Source: Mycoplasmoides pneumoniae FH
GTDB taxonomy: Bacteria > Bacillota_I > Bacilli_A > Mycoplasmatales > Mycoplasmoidaceae
Direction of reading: 5' to 3'
Assembly (NCBI RefSeq): GCF_001272835.1
Contig: NZ_CP010546.1
Coordinates: forward strand, 542,809-574,808
DNA: 32,000 nucleotides
Position 1 is the first letter of the stretch, and every line of letters begins with the position of its first letter. The notes below the pieces were generated by a model, which saw nothing but the letters and a program-made list of their open reading frames with translations, did no database searches and was not told the DNA's origin. A program made the position numbers and the translations under genes. Shown in pieces: positions 9,705-18,145 of the stretch.

Positions 9705-10568
9705 TTAAAAAGCTCTGCTTAAATTACGCGTTAACAAAATAATGCGCAGGATAAAGTAGACCAAGTTCATGAAGCTACTTACCAACCAAGCGCCAAAAAA
9801 GAGCGCACTACGCCACATTTGTGCTTTGGCTAAAGCTGGGTCTTGACTTTCATACAGTTTCACCAAGTCCTGTTCGTTGCGAATTTGTAGACAAACAAAG
9901 TAAACCGATAACAAGGAAAAGATCCCACCAACTATTAACGAAAGTCCGGGGAACAGTAAATCCAAGATATTAGTGCGACCACCGCGGAACACCGTAAAGT
10001 TCAACACAAAAGTCAATAAGCTCGCAATTATGCTAATAAAGAAGGCTCAAATAAAGATACGAAACAGCGTTTGGGTTTGTTGGTAACGGCGTTGCTGGCT
10101 CGGTAATGCACTCAAGCCCCATACCGTCCCATACACTAATGCTGCCCCTAAAAAGGCAAAGACAATGTCACTAAACTTAAAGTCAATCAATTCACGTAAT
10201 TGTGTGGTGGCTAATGTTAACAATACTCCTAATGTAATCCCATAACTAATCACATCGGCAATAATTAAGCCCCAGAACCACGCTAAGGTCGTGTTACGGT
10301 TCCTTAGTTTAAAAGCCGTGACAAAGTAAAGGATTAAGGAAACCAAACTAGCAACAAAAGCAATCGTACCCAACGTTCTTATATCACTAGCCAGTGTGCC
10401 AAGGCTAGTAGTGTTGGTTAACAGCTGTTGTACCCCAAAACCAATTAAGAAGATAAACAGAATGCCAATCGCGGCAACAGAAAAGGTCAAGCGAATGACC
10501 GAGAACCGCTTGTGATGGACAAACTGTTGCTCGGAAAAATTGACCTGATTATTAGCTTGATTGATCAT
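9705..10568 (-). CDS. Multi-TM membrane protein, 287 aa, possibly BAX-inhibitor-1/YccA-like
   Basis: Track ORFs 10047..10568 and 9705..10016 are in one frame, joined by TGA at 10047-10049 plus 10 codons (..RIFI-W-AFFISIIASLLTFVLNF..). The C-terminal segment SFMNLVYFILRIIL resembles the DFINLFLSLLRI motif of the BI-1/YccA family. The family call is tentative. Confidence 0.7.
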
Positions 10569-10637
10569 GATAAGTCAACTGGGTCAATTTTAATTTGTAA
10601 GCGCTTAATTGCTAATAAATGCAAAATTATAGAAAGG

Positions 10638-10728
10638 GGATACTTACCCAAGTGGCTGAAGGGGTAGGCTTGGAAAGCTTATAGATGGGTAACACCATGC
10701 GAGGGTTCGAATCCCTCAGTATCCGCCA
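10638..10728 (+). tRNA. tRNA-Ser, anticodon read as GGA (class II, long variable arm), CCA encoded
   Basis: Acceptor stem GGATACT/AGTATCC. Anticodon stem TAGGC/GCTTA with loop TTGGAAA. Variable arm TAGATGGGTAACACCATGC. T arm GAGGG-TTCGAAT-CCCTC. Discriminator G followed by CCA. Confidence 0.85.
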
Positions 10729-10729
10729 C

Positions 10730-10818
10730 GGAGACTTACCCAAGTGGTTTAAGGGGGCGCTCTCGAAAAGCGTTAGGTGTTTTTGCATGCGTGGGTTCGA
10801 ATCCCACAGTCTCCGCCA
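10730..10818 (+). tRNA. tRNA-Ser(CGA), CCA encoded
   Basis: Acceptor stem GGAGACT/AGTCTCC. Anticodon stem GCGCT/AGCGT with loop CTCGAAA. T arm GTGGG-TTCGAAT-CCCAC, followed by GCCA. It starts 1 nt after the previous tRNA. Confidence 0.9.
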
Positions 10819-10838
10819 AAATATTAACTGTATCAATT

Positions 10839-10872
10839 AAAAAAGCACACCTTTTGGGGATGTGCTTTTTTT
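10839..10872. terminator. Bidirectional intrinsic terminator between the tRNA-Ser pair (+) and the OppA-like lipoprotein gene (-)
   Basis: The sequence is aaaaAGCACAcc-tttt-gggg-a-TGTGCTttttttt. The stem is flanked by an A-run on the left and a T-run on the right, so it can work in both directions. Confidence 0.7.
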
Positions 10873-10893
10873 AGTGTTTCCTAATACTGACAA

Positions 10894-13800
10894 CTATTTA
10901 TTTTCGGGAATAAAACCATAGTCACGGATGGTACCGTTACCCGATGGCGCACTGCGGAATTGGAACCATGGTTTGAGCAGCGTTGGTGATGTTTCGTTCA
11001 ACCCAGCTGCTGGTACGGGTAAAACCGGGAAGTAAGAGTCGACTACGGTAATTAAGAACTTAGCGTTATCGGTGTCTTTTTCCGCTCAAATACTGTTAAA
11101 GCGGTTGAGCTGGGCGGCGTTCTTATAGATATCTTTCAACTCGTAACCAATGAAATCTTCGTTTTTACTTGGTTTATTTGTACCGTTCTCTATCTTGTCA
11201 CGCTTTCCAAGGTACTTATTTGGATCTTTGATAGCTTCCTTTACTTTTTCTTTGTCTAGAATGCCATTATCCACTAAGAATTTGAGCAAGCTTAAAGCCT
11301 TTTTGGTGAACTCTAAAGATGCTTGAGTGCCGTTACCACTAGTTGTAGAACCGGTGCTTCTTTGTGCAGCTTGTGCTTTAGCATCACCAAAGTTCTTTAG
11401 TACGTAAGGGTCATCTTTGAAGAGGTCAGCGGAAGTTACGTCATCCCACTTTTCTTCTTCAGTATTACTCTTGCTGCTATCTTGAGATGAATCTGCTTTC
11501 TTAACAGTCACATCAGATGTGGTTGAAGCTGTATTTTGTTGATCTATTTTTTGTGTGAATTTACTATGTACATCTTTTTGACTCGCAGCTAACAACAACG
11601 TACGTACAATGTGAGCGCCCGAGGAGTAGGTAATAACATCACCGCCACCTTGATCGTTCAATTGGGTGGCTGCGTCCAATCAGGTACCCACACCATCATA
11701 GTCAGGGCTTCAGGAACTAAAACCTAACACCGAGGACAACCCAATGTACCACTCATTTCGAGTTGGTCCTTGGGCATCACCTAAGATAATTTCTGGTACT
11801 ATTAGTTTTTCTCCGTTGTCAGCAGTACCCAATTCAGTGAGGGCTTGCTTCACGGCGTTGTAGTAATCCACCCCGTTAGCGGACAGCGAAGAGTTCCCTA
11901 ACTTCATGTTGAAGTGGAGGGGATTGCTACCAGAGAAACCAACCTTCTTTAAAACTTGAACAAAGCTGTGCTTTGTTACGTTTACACTCTTAGCTTCTAC
12001 TGAAGAGGTTTGGTTTTGTTGTGTGTTGTCTGATGTGTTGTTGTTCTTAGCAAACGCTGCAGAGGCAGCTGCTCCAGCCTGACCACTTGTTGCTTTACTG
12101 CTATAATAATTAATCTTAACAGTCGCACTCTCCAAAACGTTTTTATTCTTTTCGTAGTTACCTTCACGCTGTGGAATCAAGCCCAGGCGCTGTTCCTTCT
12201 CGATCTTATAGTAGTAATCGTTCATCAGATCTGAACCTTCGGTAGTTGAGACAGCTTTTTGTTGAACACTTGCACCATTTTTACCCTTTTCCTTAAAGAT
12301 GCCAAAAGGTACGATCGAATAGTTCAGGTCACCGGAGTTTGGCAACAGGATAATCGCTAGGTTTTGTCAGTTAATTAAACCGTTAATGCCAGCGCGAATC
12401 GTTAACGCTTCTTCTGACTCACTGTTGTACAAGAATTTAGCCTCGGTTTCGGTAATGTTGGAGTTAGTTTTAACGGTTTCACCTTCCACTACGTAAGGTC
12501 GTGATGAATAGGTAATCTGGGCACTTTGCGCGGTCTTTTGCACTTTAACCCAGCGTAAGTCCCCCGTACCCGCAAATCGTGACCTAGCATCCTCTTGTTG
12601 GGAGTATGGCACCTCCGCAGAAGATAATCCTCCAGCGATATAGTTGGAGTAAAACACTTCAGGGGTAGCGCCTGGTTGGAAGTAGTTAATCATCGTTGGG
12701 ATGGGTTTTTCGTTTTCTTCCCGCGTTTTTGGTAAGTTGGGGGTTATATGAGTATCATACTCACTGTTACGCTTAAAGACAATCTGGCTCTGGTTAAAAC
12801 TCTCGACATAGTAAGGCCCCACTGATCAAGTATCCCGTCATGCGTTAACCCCACCACCATAGATACCATCAAAGTTAGTTTTGGTTTGGTCTAAGATTTT
12901 CGACCCATTCTTTTCGTTGTAGACCAATGGTGAGTCCTTACCTACCTTAATTGCTTTTACCTTCGGGTGGGTATGAGGAATAGGAAAGAAGAATTCCTTA
13001 GACATCATACTCAACAAGAAGGGGAAGGGCGAGGTGAGGTAGACGTTGAATTTGCTGTCATCAGTGCTTTGATAATCCTCAGGATTGTAAGCATCATCCG
13101 TTATCTTAACAGTTTTTTCTTCACCATCTTTTTCATCAGATGAAGCAACCTTCATTTGAACTTGGGTACCATTCTTCTTGGTCATCCCCACGGTCTTTTT
13201 CACATCCAAACCCATTAAGTCAATGAAGTAACCGTTGCGGTTAAACCTGAGTTCCGATGATAAGATGTAAGCCTCAAAACCGCGTTCAAAGTCTTTGGAA
13301 GAGAGTTTGACATCATTGCCACTAGCGTCCTTTACCGGTTTACCGTTATTGTCGACCCATTTGATACCAGTATCAATGGCGAATTCGTAACGGGTGGCCT
13401 TTTGCGAAATTTCTTGGAATTTTTCTTCCTCAGTAATCGACTTCGATTGTTGATTATTTTGACCGTTACTTGAACTTTGTCTTTTAATTTCACCAATGCA
13501 TTCTCAATCATCTTCACCACTAGTGCTAGTACCACTAGAAGTGGTAGTGCAAGAAGAATTAGTTGAAGTTTTTTGACTTGAAGTAGCTTTATCCTTCTTC
13601 TTATACCCCTTCACTGAGGTAGCCAATTCCAACACCAATTTCTCTTGGGTTTGAGTGGTTACATTGACACCATCATCTTTGTTGGAACCAGTGGCAATGT
13701 AAGTGGTTAGGCCTGCATACTTGCTGCCAAAAAAGGAAGAGGTCGGGGACACGTTGAACATACTCATCGGTACCGAATTGTTCTTTAACAAGTCGGATGC

Positions 13801-13911
13801 GGATGAGGTGACATACACATCGCGGGCTTGGGCAGCGCAGGCACTGAGTGCTACTGCTGAACTTACCCCTAAGGTTGATAACAAACCCCAGTATTTTCGC
13901 TGAAATTTCAT
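10894..13911 (-). CDS. Large lipoprotein, 1005 aa, with a family-5 (OppA-like) solute-binding scaffold and low-complexity inserts (MG321-position homolog)
   Basis: Six track ORFs (13504..13911, 12838..13215, 12367..12822, 11710..12345, 11086..11679 and an unlisted stretch) are in one frame when TGA=Trp. I checked the junctions by hand, including 13216-13503. The signal peptide and lipobox are [28 protein letters not shown]_bac_5-like motifs are present: [43 protein letters not shown] and [20 protein letters not shown] stop at 10894-10896. Confidence 0.85.
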
Positions 13912-13953
13912 GGATCGTTCATAAATGTTGTTGATGATGTTTATTGCTATATG

Positions 13954-13978
13954 AAAAACATGGCATGAAAGCCATGTT
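13954..13978 (-). terminator. Possible terminator of the tRNA operon
   Basis: On the minus strand the sequence is AACATGGC-tttcat-GCCATGTT followed by TTTCATAT. It is an 8-bp stem with a weak T tail, 157 nt after tRNA-Leu. Confidence 0.35.
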
Positions 13979-14134
13979 GAACCATGAGCAACATACTCTT
14001 AGCTGTGAGCTACTAAAAGTGATTTTATTCTAATTTGGGAGCTTGCTAATCTGCGAAATTAAAGCTCAAGTTTCAAAAATTGCTGTTGCAATAAATTAAT
14101 TCTTAATTTAAAGGCTTCAGCAAACGCTAAAACT

Positions 14135-14219
14135 TGGTGCACTCGAAGGGACTTGAACCCCCACTCCGCAATGAAACTAGATCCTAAGTCTAGCGCGTCT
14201 ACCATTCCGCCACGAGTGC
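14135..14219 (-). tRNA. tRNA-Leu(UAG), class II, CCA encoded
   Basis: The reverse complement reads GCACTCGTGGCGGAATGGTAGACGCGCTAGACTTAGGATCTAG..GGGGGTTCAAGTCCCTTCGAGTGCACCA. The anticodon loop is CTTAGGA. Confidence 0.9.
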
Positions 14220-14223
14220 ATAT

Positions 14224-14299
14224 TGGTGCATCTTGAGGGGCTCGAACCCCCGACCCAATGATTAAGAGTCATTTGCTCTACCAACTGAGCTAAAGATGC
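14224..14299 (-). tRNA. tRNA-Lys(CUU), CCA encoded
   Basis: The reverse complement reads GCATCTTTAGCTCAGTTGGTAGAGCAAATGACTCTTAATCATTGGGTCGGGGGTTCGAGCCCCTCAAGATGCACCA. The anticodon loop is CTCTTAA. Confidence 0.9.
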
Positions 14300-14311
14300 A
14301 TTAAGGGAAGC

Positions 14312-14387
14312 TGGTGCCGACTATAGGATTCGAACCTACGACCTACTGATTACAAGTCAATTGCTCTACCAACTGAGCTAAGTCGGC
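14312..14387 (-). tRNA. tRNA-Thr(UGU), CCA encoded
   Basis: The reverse complement reads GCCGACTTAGCTCAGTTGGTAGAGCAATTGACTTGTAATCAGTAGGTCGTAGGTTCGAATCCTATAGTCGGCACCA. The anticodon loop is CTTGTAA. Confidence 0.9.
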
Positions 14388-14388
14388 C

Positions 14389-14464
14389 TGGTGGATTGTG
14401 AGGGGATCGAACCCCCGACCCTATGCTTGTAAGGCATATGCTCTCCCAGCTGAGCTAACAATCC
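14389..14464 (-). tRNA. tRNA-Val(UAC), CCA encoded
   Basis: The reverse complement reads GGATTGTTAGCTCAGCTGGGAGAGCATATGCCTTACAAGCATAGGGTCGGGGGTTCGATCCCCTCACAATCCACCA. The anticodon loop is CTTACAA. Confidence 0.9.
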
Positions 14465-14471
14465 AGGCTTT

Positions 14472-14546
14472 TGGTGCCGAATACAGGAATTGAACCTGTA
14501 GCCTATGCATTACGAGTGCATCGCTCTACCCTTGAGCTAATTCGGC
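14472..14546 (-). tRNA. tRNA-Thr(CGU), CCA encoded
   Basis: The reverse complement reads GCCGAATTAGCTCAAGGGTAGAGCGATGCACTCGTAATGCATAGGCTACAGGTTCAATTCCTGTATTCGGCACCA. The anticodon loop is CTCGTAA. Confidence 0.9.
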
Positions 14547-14547
14547 T

Positions 14548-14624
14548 TGGTGACGCGTACGGGATTCAAACCCGTGAATGCACGCGTGAAAGGCGTGTGT
14601 GTTAAGTCTCTTCACCAACGCGCC
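14548..14624 (-). tRNA. tRNA-Glu(UUC), CCA encoded
   Basis: The reverse complement reads GGCGCGTTGGTGAAGAGACTTAACACACACGCCTTTCACGCGTGCATTCACGGGTTTGAATCCCGTACGCGTCACCA. The anticodon loop is CTTTCAC. Confidence 0.9.
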
Positions 14625-14632
14625 AAAATTCT

Positions 14633-14707
14633 TGGCGGCCACAACAGGGATCGAACCTGTGACCAACCGGTTAACAGCCGGTTGCTCTACCGCTGAGCTA
14701 TGTGGCC
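14633..14707 (-). tRNA. tRNA-Asn(GUU), CCA encoded; first gene of the 7-tRNA operon
   Basis: The reverse complement reads GGCCACATAGCTCAGCGGTAGAGCAACCGGCTGTTAACCGGTTGGTCACAGGTTCGATCCCTGTTGTGGCCGCCA. The anticodon loop is CTGTTAA. Confidence 0.9.
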
Positions 14708-14734
14708 AATAATGCAAGTACAATTCTAGAATTT

Positions 14735-16432
14735 CTAGCCCACTTTAACATCTTCCCGCGGATAAGAAAAGCTGTTTCCTTGAGGGTGTTTTTTAACAAA
14801 AGTGAGTACCGAACTGCTCACCCCGACCTGCCCCATAATCATTAGTAAACCTAACGTTAAGTAGTTAAACAGGTTCCGTGTTGGCTCTAGTGCCATGATC
14901 TTCGTGGCCCCACTAGACAGTCCGACAGTTCCAAAAGCAGAAGTGGTTTCAAACAGGCTGTCGACAAAGCTAAGCGGTTGTTGCATACTTAACGGCAACA
15001 GAATGGCAATAAGAACCACGGACACTAAGCCAAAGACGGCTACCAAGAAGGCATTAATCACCGTTTGCCCGTCAATACTACGCTTAAAGACCTTGACCTC
15101 TTTTTGACCGCGGAACTTCGCTTTTAACGTCAAAAAGATGACCGCTAAAGTAGTAGTGCGAATCCCTCCGGCGGTAGAAGACGGACTGCCCCCGATAAAC
15201 ATCGCAATCACCATAATCCCCTTAATGATGTCAGACTCAGCACTTCAGGGAAACACACTAAAGCCAGCGGACCGGGACGAAATCACCCCAAACCACAGTT
15301 GCATCACCCGACTAGCCGCTGGTATGGGACCAAAGATTAAGCTTTGGAGTTCTTGATTGGATTTATTTTTCAGTCCCTCCACTAAGTAGGCCTTCTCGAC
15401 ATTGAGATGGGCAATCGTATTGGTCAAACTAGTTATAACAATAAACTCCACCATTAACAGCATTAAAAAACACCAAGCCGTGACAATCAGGTTAGTGAGT
15501 ACCGCTAACTTCGTAAACAAACTAAACTGGTGTTTGTAATACTTACCATACAATCGCCGTTTCTTAATCGCTTCATAAGCATCAAATAACACCGGATAAC
15601 CAATGCCACCAAAGATAATTTGGCTAATCGCTAACCACTGGATCACGATGCCCCAGTTAGTGCGATACGGGGCAAACGAATTAGCGCCCAACAGGTCAAT
15701 GCCAGCATTATTAACCGCTGACAAGGAGTGGAAAAAACCATACTGAAAGGCTAAGTTAAGGTTATGAACTACGGGTAATCTTTTGGTGGAATCGACTATG
15801 AGGGCCTTCAATTGGTTGGACACCTTACCACTACTTTGAAAAACACTAGCAGACTCAAACGCGGGGATAAAATAAAACAAAATGGTGTACAGAAAGCCAT
15901 ACAGTAACTCCACCATAAAGAGGAATAACACCGACACCACAATCATTTCACTAGTGGTCCCTAACTTGGAACCACCCCGTTCTGATTGCAACATTAACTT
16001 CTCATAAAAGCTGTACTTGCCCTTCTTGTGTAACTTAAACAGTCTTCAAACAAGGAAAGCAATCACCACAAAACCAATGCCCCCTAACTGCAGTAAAATG
16101 GCCAACACCGTTTGCCCAAACACACTGTAGGTTTCACTCACTACCGTAGTAGAGAGCCCCGTATCACTAAAGGCACTGACCGCTAAAAACAAAGCATCCA
16201 AAAAGCCATAGGAAGCCGTTTGTTTACTGATGGTATGACCCTGTAAATCCACCTCATAGCTAATAACCTTTTGGTAGTCGGTTTTGAGCGCAAACGGGAG
16301 GAAAAGCAGTACAGCCCCCAACAGGATGCAATAGATGTAAAAGTGGAAAATGCGCTGGGAAATACTGTCACCCCACAGGATTAGTTTTAACCAAGCGAGT
16401 AGTTTAGCTTTCTGTTTATGAGCAGCTGTCAT
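14735..16432 (-). CDS. ktrB: K+ uptake membrane subunit, TrkH/KtrB (NtpJ) family, 565 aa
   Basis: Track ORFs 16046..16432, 15245..15994 and 14735..15214 are in one frame, with gaps of 17 and 10 codons after TGA. The TrkH-type signature is FIGGSPSSTAGGIRTTT. The protein is polytopic. TAG stop at 14735-14737. Confidence 0.88.
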
Positions 16433-16441
16433 GTAAATGAC

Positions 16442-16455
16442 AATATAAATATAAT
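16442..16455. promoter_or_regulatory. Back-to-back candidate -10 boxes for divergent ktrB (-) and ktrA (+)
   Basis: The whole intergenic region is 34 bp (16433-16466): gtaaatgacaatataaatataattttaccagcat. TATAAT on the plus strand lies at 16450-16455, 11 nt before the ktrA ATG. TATATT on the minus strand (reverse complement of 16442-16447) lies 9 nt before the ktrB ATG. Confidence 0.45.
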
Positions 16456-16466
16456 TTTACCAGCAT

Positions 16467-17162
16467 ATGAAACGTGCCGATTTTTGCATTATTGGCCTTG
16501 GTAGGTTTGGGATGCAAGTAGCACATTCTTTAAAAGAGAACAACTTTACCCTGGTTTTGATCGATAATGATCAACACAAAACCAATACTGCTGCCCAGGA
16601 ATTTGACCATGTAGTGTGTTGTGATGGGAGTAACTTAACGGCGTTAGCTGAGCTCCAACTAGAGGAGTTTTCGGCAGTCATAGTTGGGGTAACTAACATA
16701 GAAGCGAGCATTATGATTTGTGCTAACCTTCGGGAATTGGGTCAAAAAAACATTATTGCCCGTGCTAAAAACGAAGTGCATAACCGGGTGTTACGTACTA
16801 TGGGTATTAGGGAAGCTTTGATCCCGGAAAAGATTGTCGGCAAGAACCTTGTCATTCGTTTAATTCACGGCATGGAAACCGAAATTATTAACCTTGGCAA
16901 TGACATCCTCTTTGTTCGCGCTCCGGTGAACAACAAGAAGCTCTTTAATCGTACGTTGGGGGAAATTAACATCCGTGAACACACGAATGCTAACCTCATC
17001 TCAATTATGCGGAATGGCAAAGATGTCGTCTTTCCTTTGGGTCCGAATACCCAGATTCAACCAGGGGATGTAATTACAGCCGTGTGTCAATTAAGTGGCG
17101 TGAACCAGTATTTGCGCTACATTAATCCTAACGACAAGAATAAGTACAAAGCGAGTGAATAA
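16467..17162 (+). CDS. ktrA: K+ uptake regulatory subunit, TrkA/KtrA (RCK_N + RCK_C), 231 aa
   Basis: A complete ORF with the Rossmann motif FCIIGLGRFGMQVAHSL..LVLIDND and a C-terminal TrkA-C-like segment (..IREHTNANLISIMRNGKDVVFPLGPNTQIQPGDVITAV..). Confidence 0.9.
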   Translation: MKRADFCIIGLGRFGMQVAHSLKENNFTLVLIDNDQHKTNTAAQEFDHVVCCDGSNLTALAELQLEEFSAVIVGVTNIEASIMICANLRELGQKNIIARAKNEVHNRVLRTMGIREALIPEKIVGKNLVIRLIHGMETEIINLGNDILFVRAPVNNKKLFNRTLGEINIREHTNANLISIMRNGKDVVFPLGPNTQIQPGDVITAVCQLSGVNQYLRYINPNDKNKYKASE

Positions 17163-17166
17163 TTAG

Positions 17167-18126
17167 ATCACCCAAGACCCCTCCAATCCTTATCGGTTTG
17201 CCGTTTTACTCGTGCCGCGCAGCGTGGTGTACTATGAGCAGTTGCAAAGGGGATTAGCGCTCCCTAACCAAGGGAGTTCGTCAGGCTCAGACAGCACTAA
17301 CCAAACAGGCGCAATGTTTGGCTTGAAGGTGAAGGATGCAACCGTGGATAGTTCGAATCAATCAACGGAAAGCTTAAAGGGCGAAGAATCGAGTTCCAGT
17401 TCCACCACATCTTCCACCTCCACCACCCAACGTGGGGGTTCGTCAGGGGACACCAAAGTCAAGGCGTTGCAGGTGGCGGTGAAAAAGAAATCGGACTCGG
17501 AGGACAATGGTCAGATCGAACTTGAAACCAACAACCTCGCCAACGCCCCGATTAAACGGGGCTCCAATAACAACCAGCAAGTCCAACTCAAGGCGGACGA
17601 TTTTGGTACTGCCCCTTCCAGTTCGGAATCTGGTCAATCAGGCACCCCCACCCCCTGAACGCCGTGGCTTGCGACCGAGCAAATTCACAAGGACCTCCCC
17701 AAATGATCCGCCTCGATCCTGATTCTGTACGATGCGCCTTATGCGCGCAATCGTACCGCCATTGATCGCGTTGATCACTTGGATCCCAAGGTGATGACCG
17801 CGAACTATCCGCCCAGTTGAAGAACGCCCAAGTGAAACCACCACGGGTTGTGGGACTGAAAGGCGCGCGATGTCCTGCTCCAAACCACCGGGTTCTTCAA
17901 CCCGCGCCGCCACCCAGAGTGGTTTGACCAGGGCCAAGCGGTCGCGGATAATACCCAAACCGGGTTTGATACAGATGACACCGATAATAAAAAGCAGGGC
18001 TTTCGCAAACAAGGCGAACAATCCCCTGCCCCCATCGCCCTCCCGTTTGAAGCGTACTTCGCCAACATTGGCAACCTCACCTGGTTCGGGCAAGCGCTTT
18101 TGGTGTTTGGGATTTGTTTGTCTTAA
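17167..18126 (+). repeat. RepMP4-type cassette: intact table-4 reading frame homologous to the N-terminal third of adhesin P1
   Basis: The frame opens at 17167, right after the TAG at 17164-17166. It reads ITQDPSNPYRFAVLLVPRSVVYYEQLQRGL..GAMFGLKVK..GDTKVKAL..KKKSDSEDNGQ..LANAPIKR. It then passes several TGA=Trp codons: ..PW-TPWLATEQIHKDLPKWSASILILYDAPYARNRTAIDRVDHLDP..WRTPKWNHHGLWDWKARDVLLQTTGFFNPRRHPEWF..FEAYFANIGNLTWFGQALLVFG. It ends at TAA 18124-18126. There is no ATG and no signal peptide; the earliest start candidate is GTG at 17212. Confidence 0.88.
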
Positions 18127-18145
18127 TTAACTAACAAATTAATAA

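Noticed and set aside
10627-10836. 69-aa minus-strand ORF.
   Set aside because: It lies exactly over the two plus-strand tRNA-Ser genes.
13332-13535. 67-aa minus-strand ORF inside the lipoprotein gene region.
   Set aside because: It is out of frame with the lipoprotein. The lipoprotein frame, hand-translated through 13216-13503, is open and carries the SBP-like motif [10 protein letters not shown].
13912-14134. A 223-bp gap between tRNA-Leu and the lipoprotein gene, with four CATG repeats and a 15-codon ORF (MLLMVQHGFHAMFFI). I considered a small gene or ncRNA.
   Set aside because: The ORF is too short and has no SD or conservation evidence. The CATG clustering is explained by the hairpin AACATGGC/GCCATGTT, which I already list as a weak terminator.
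14526-14723. 65-aa minus-strand ORF.
   Set aside because: It lies over the tRNA-Glu and tRNA-Asn genes.
14708-14734. The 12-bp palindrome AATTCTAGAATT between the ktrB stop codon and tRNA-Asn, as a possible operator or the tRNA operon promoter.
   Set aside because: It is a short AT-rich palindrome, and the nearby -10-like hexamer (CATTAT/ATTATT) is poor. I cannot support a specific call from sequence alone.
17443-18130. ORFs 17443..17637 (-), 17507..17722 (+), 17638..18093 (-), 17805..18080 (-) and 17870..18130 (+).
   Set aside because: These are alternative frames of the GC-richer RepMP4 cassette. Only the P1-like frame gives recognisable sequence under table 4.
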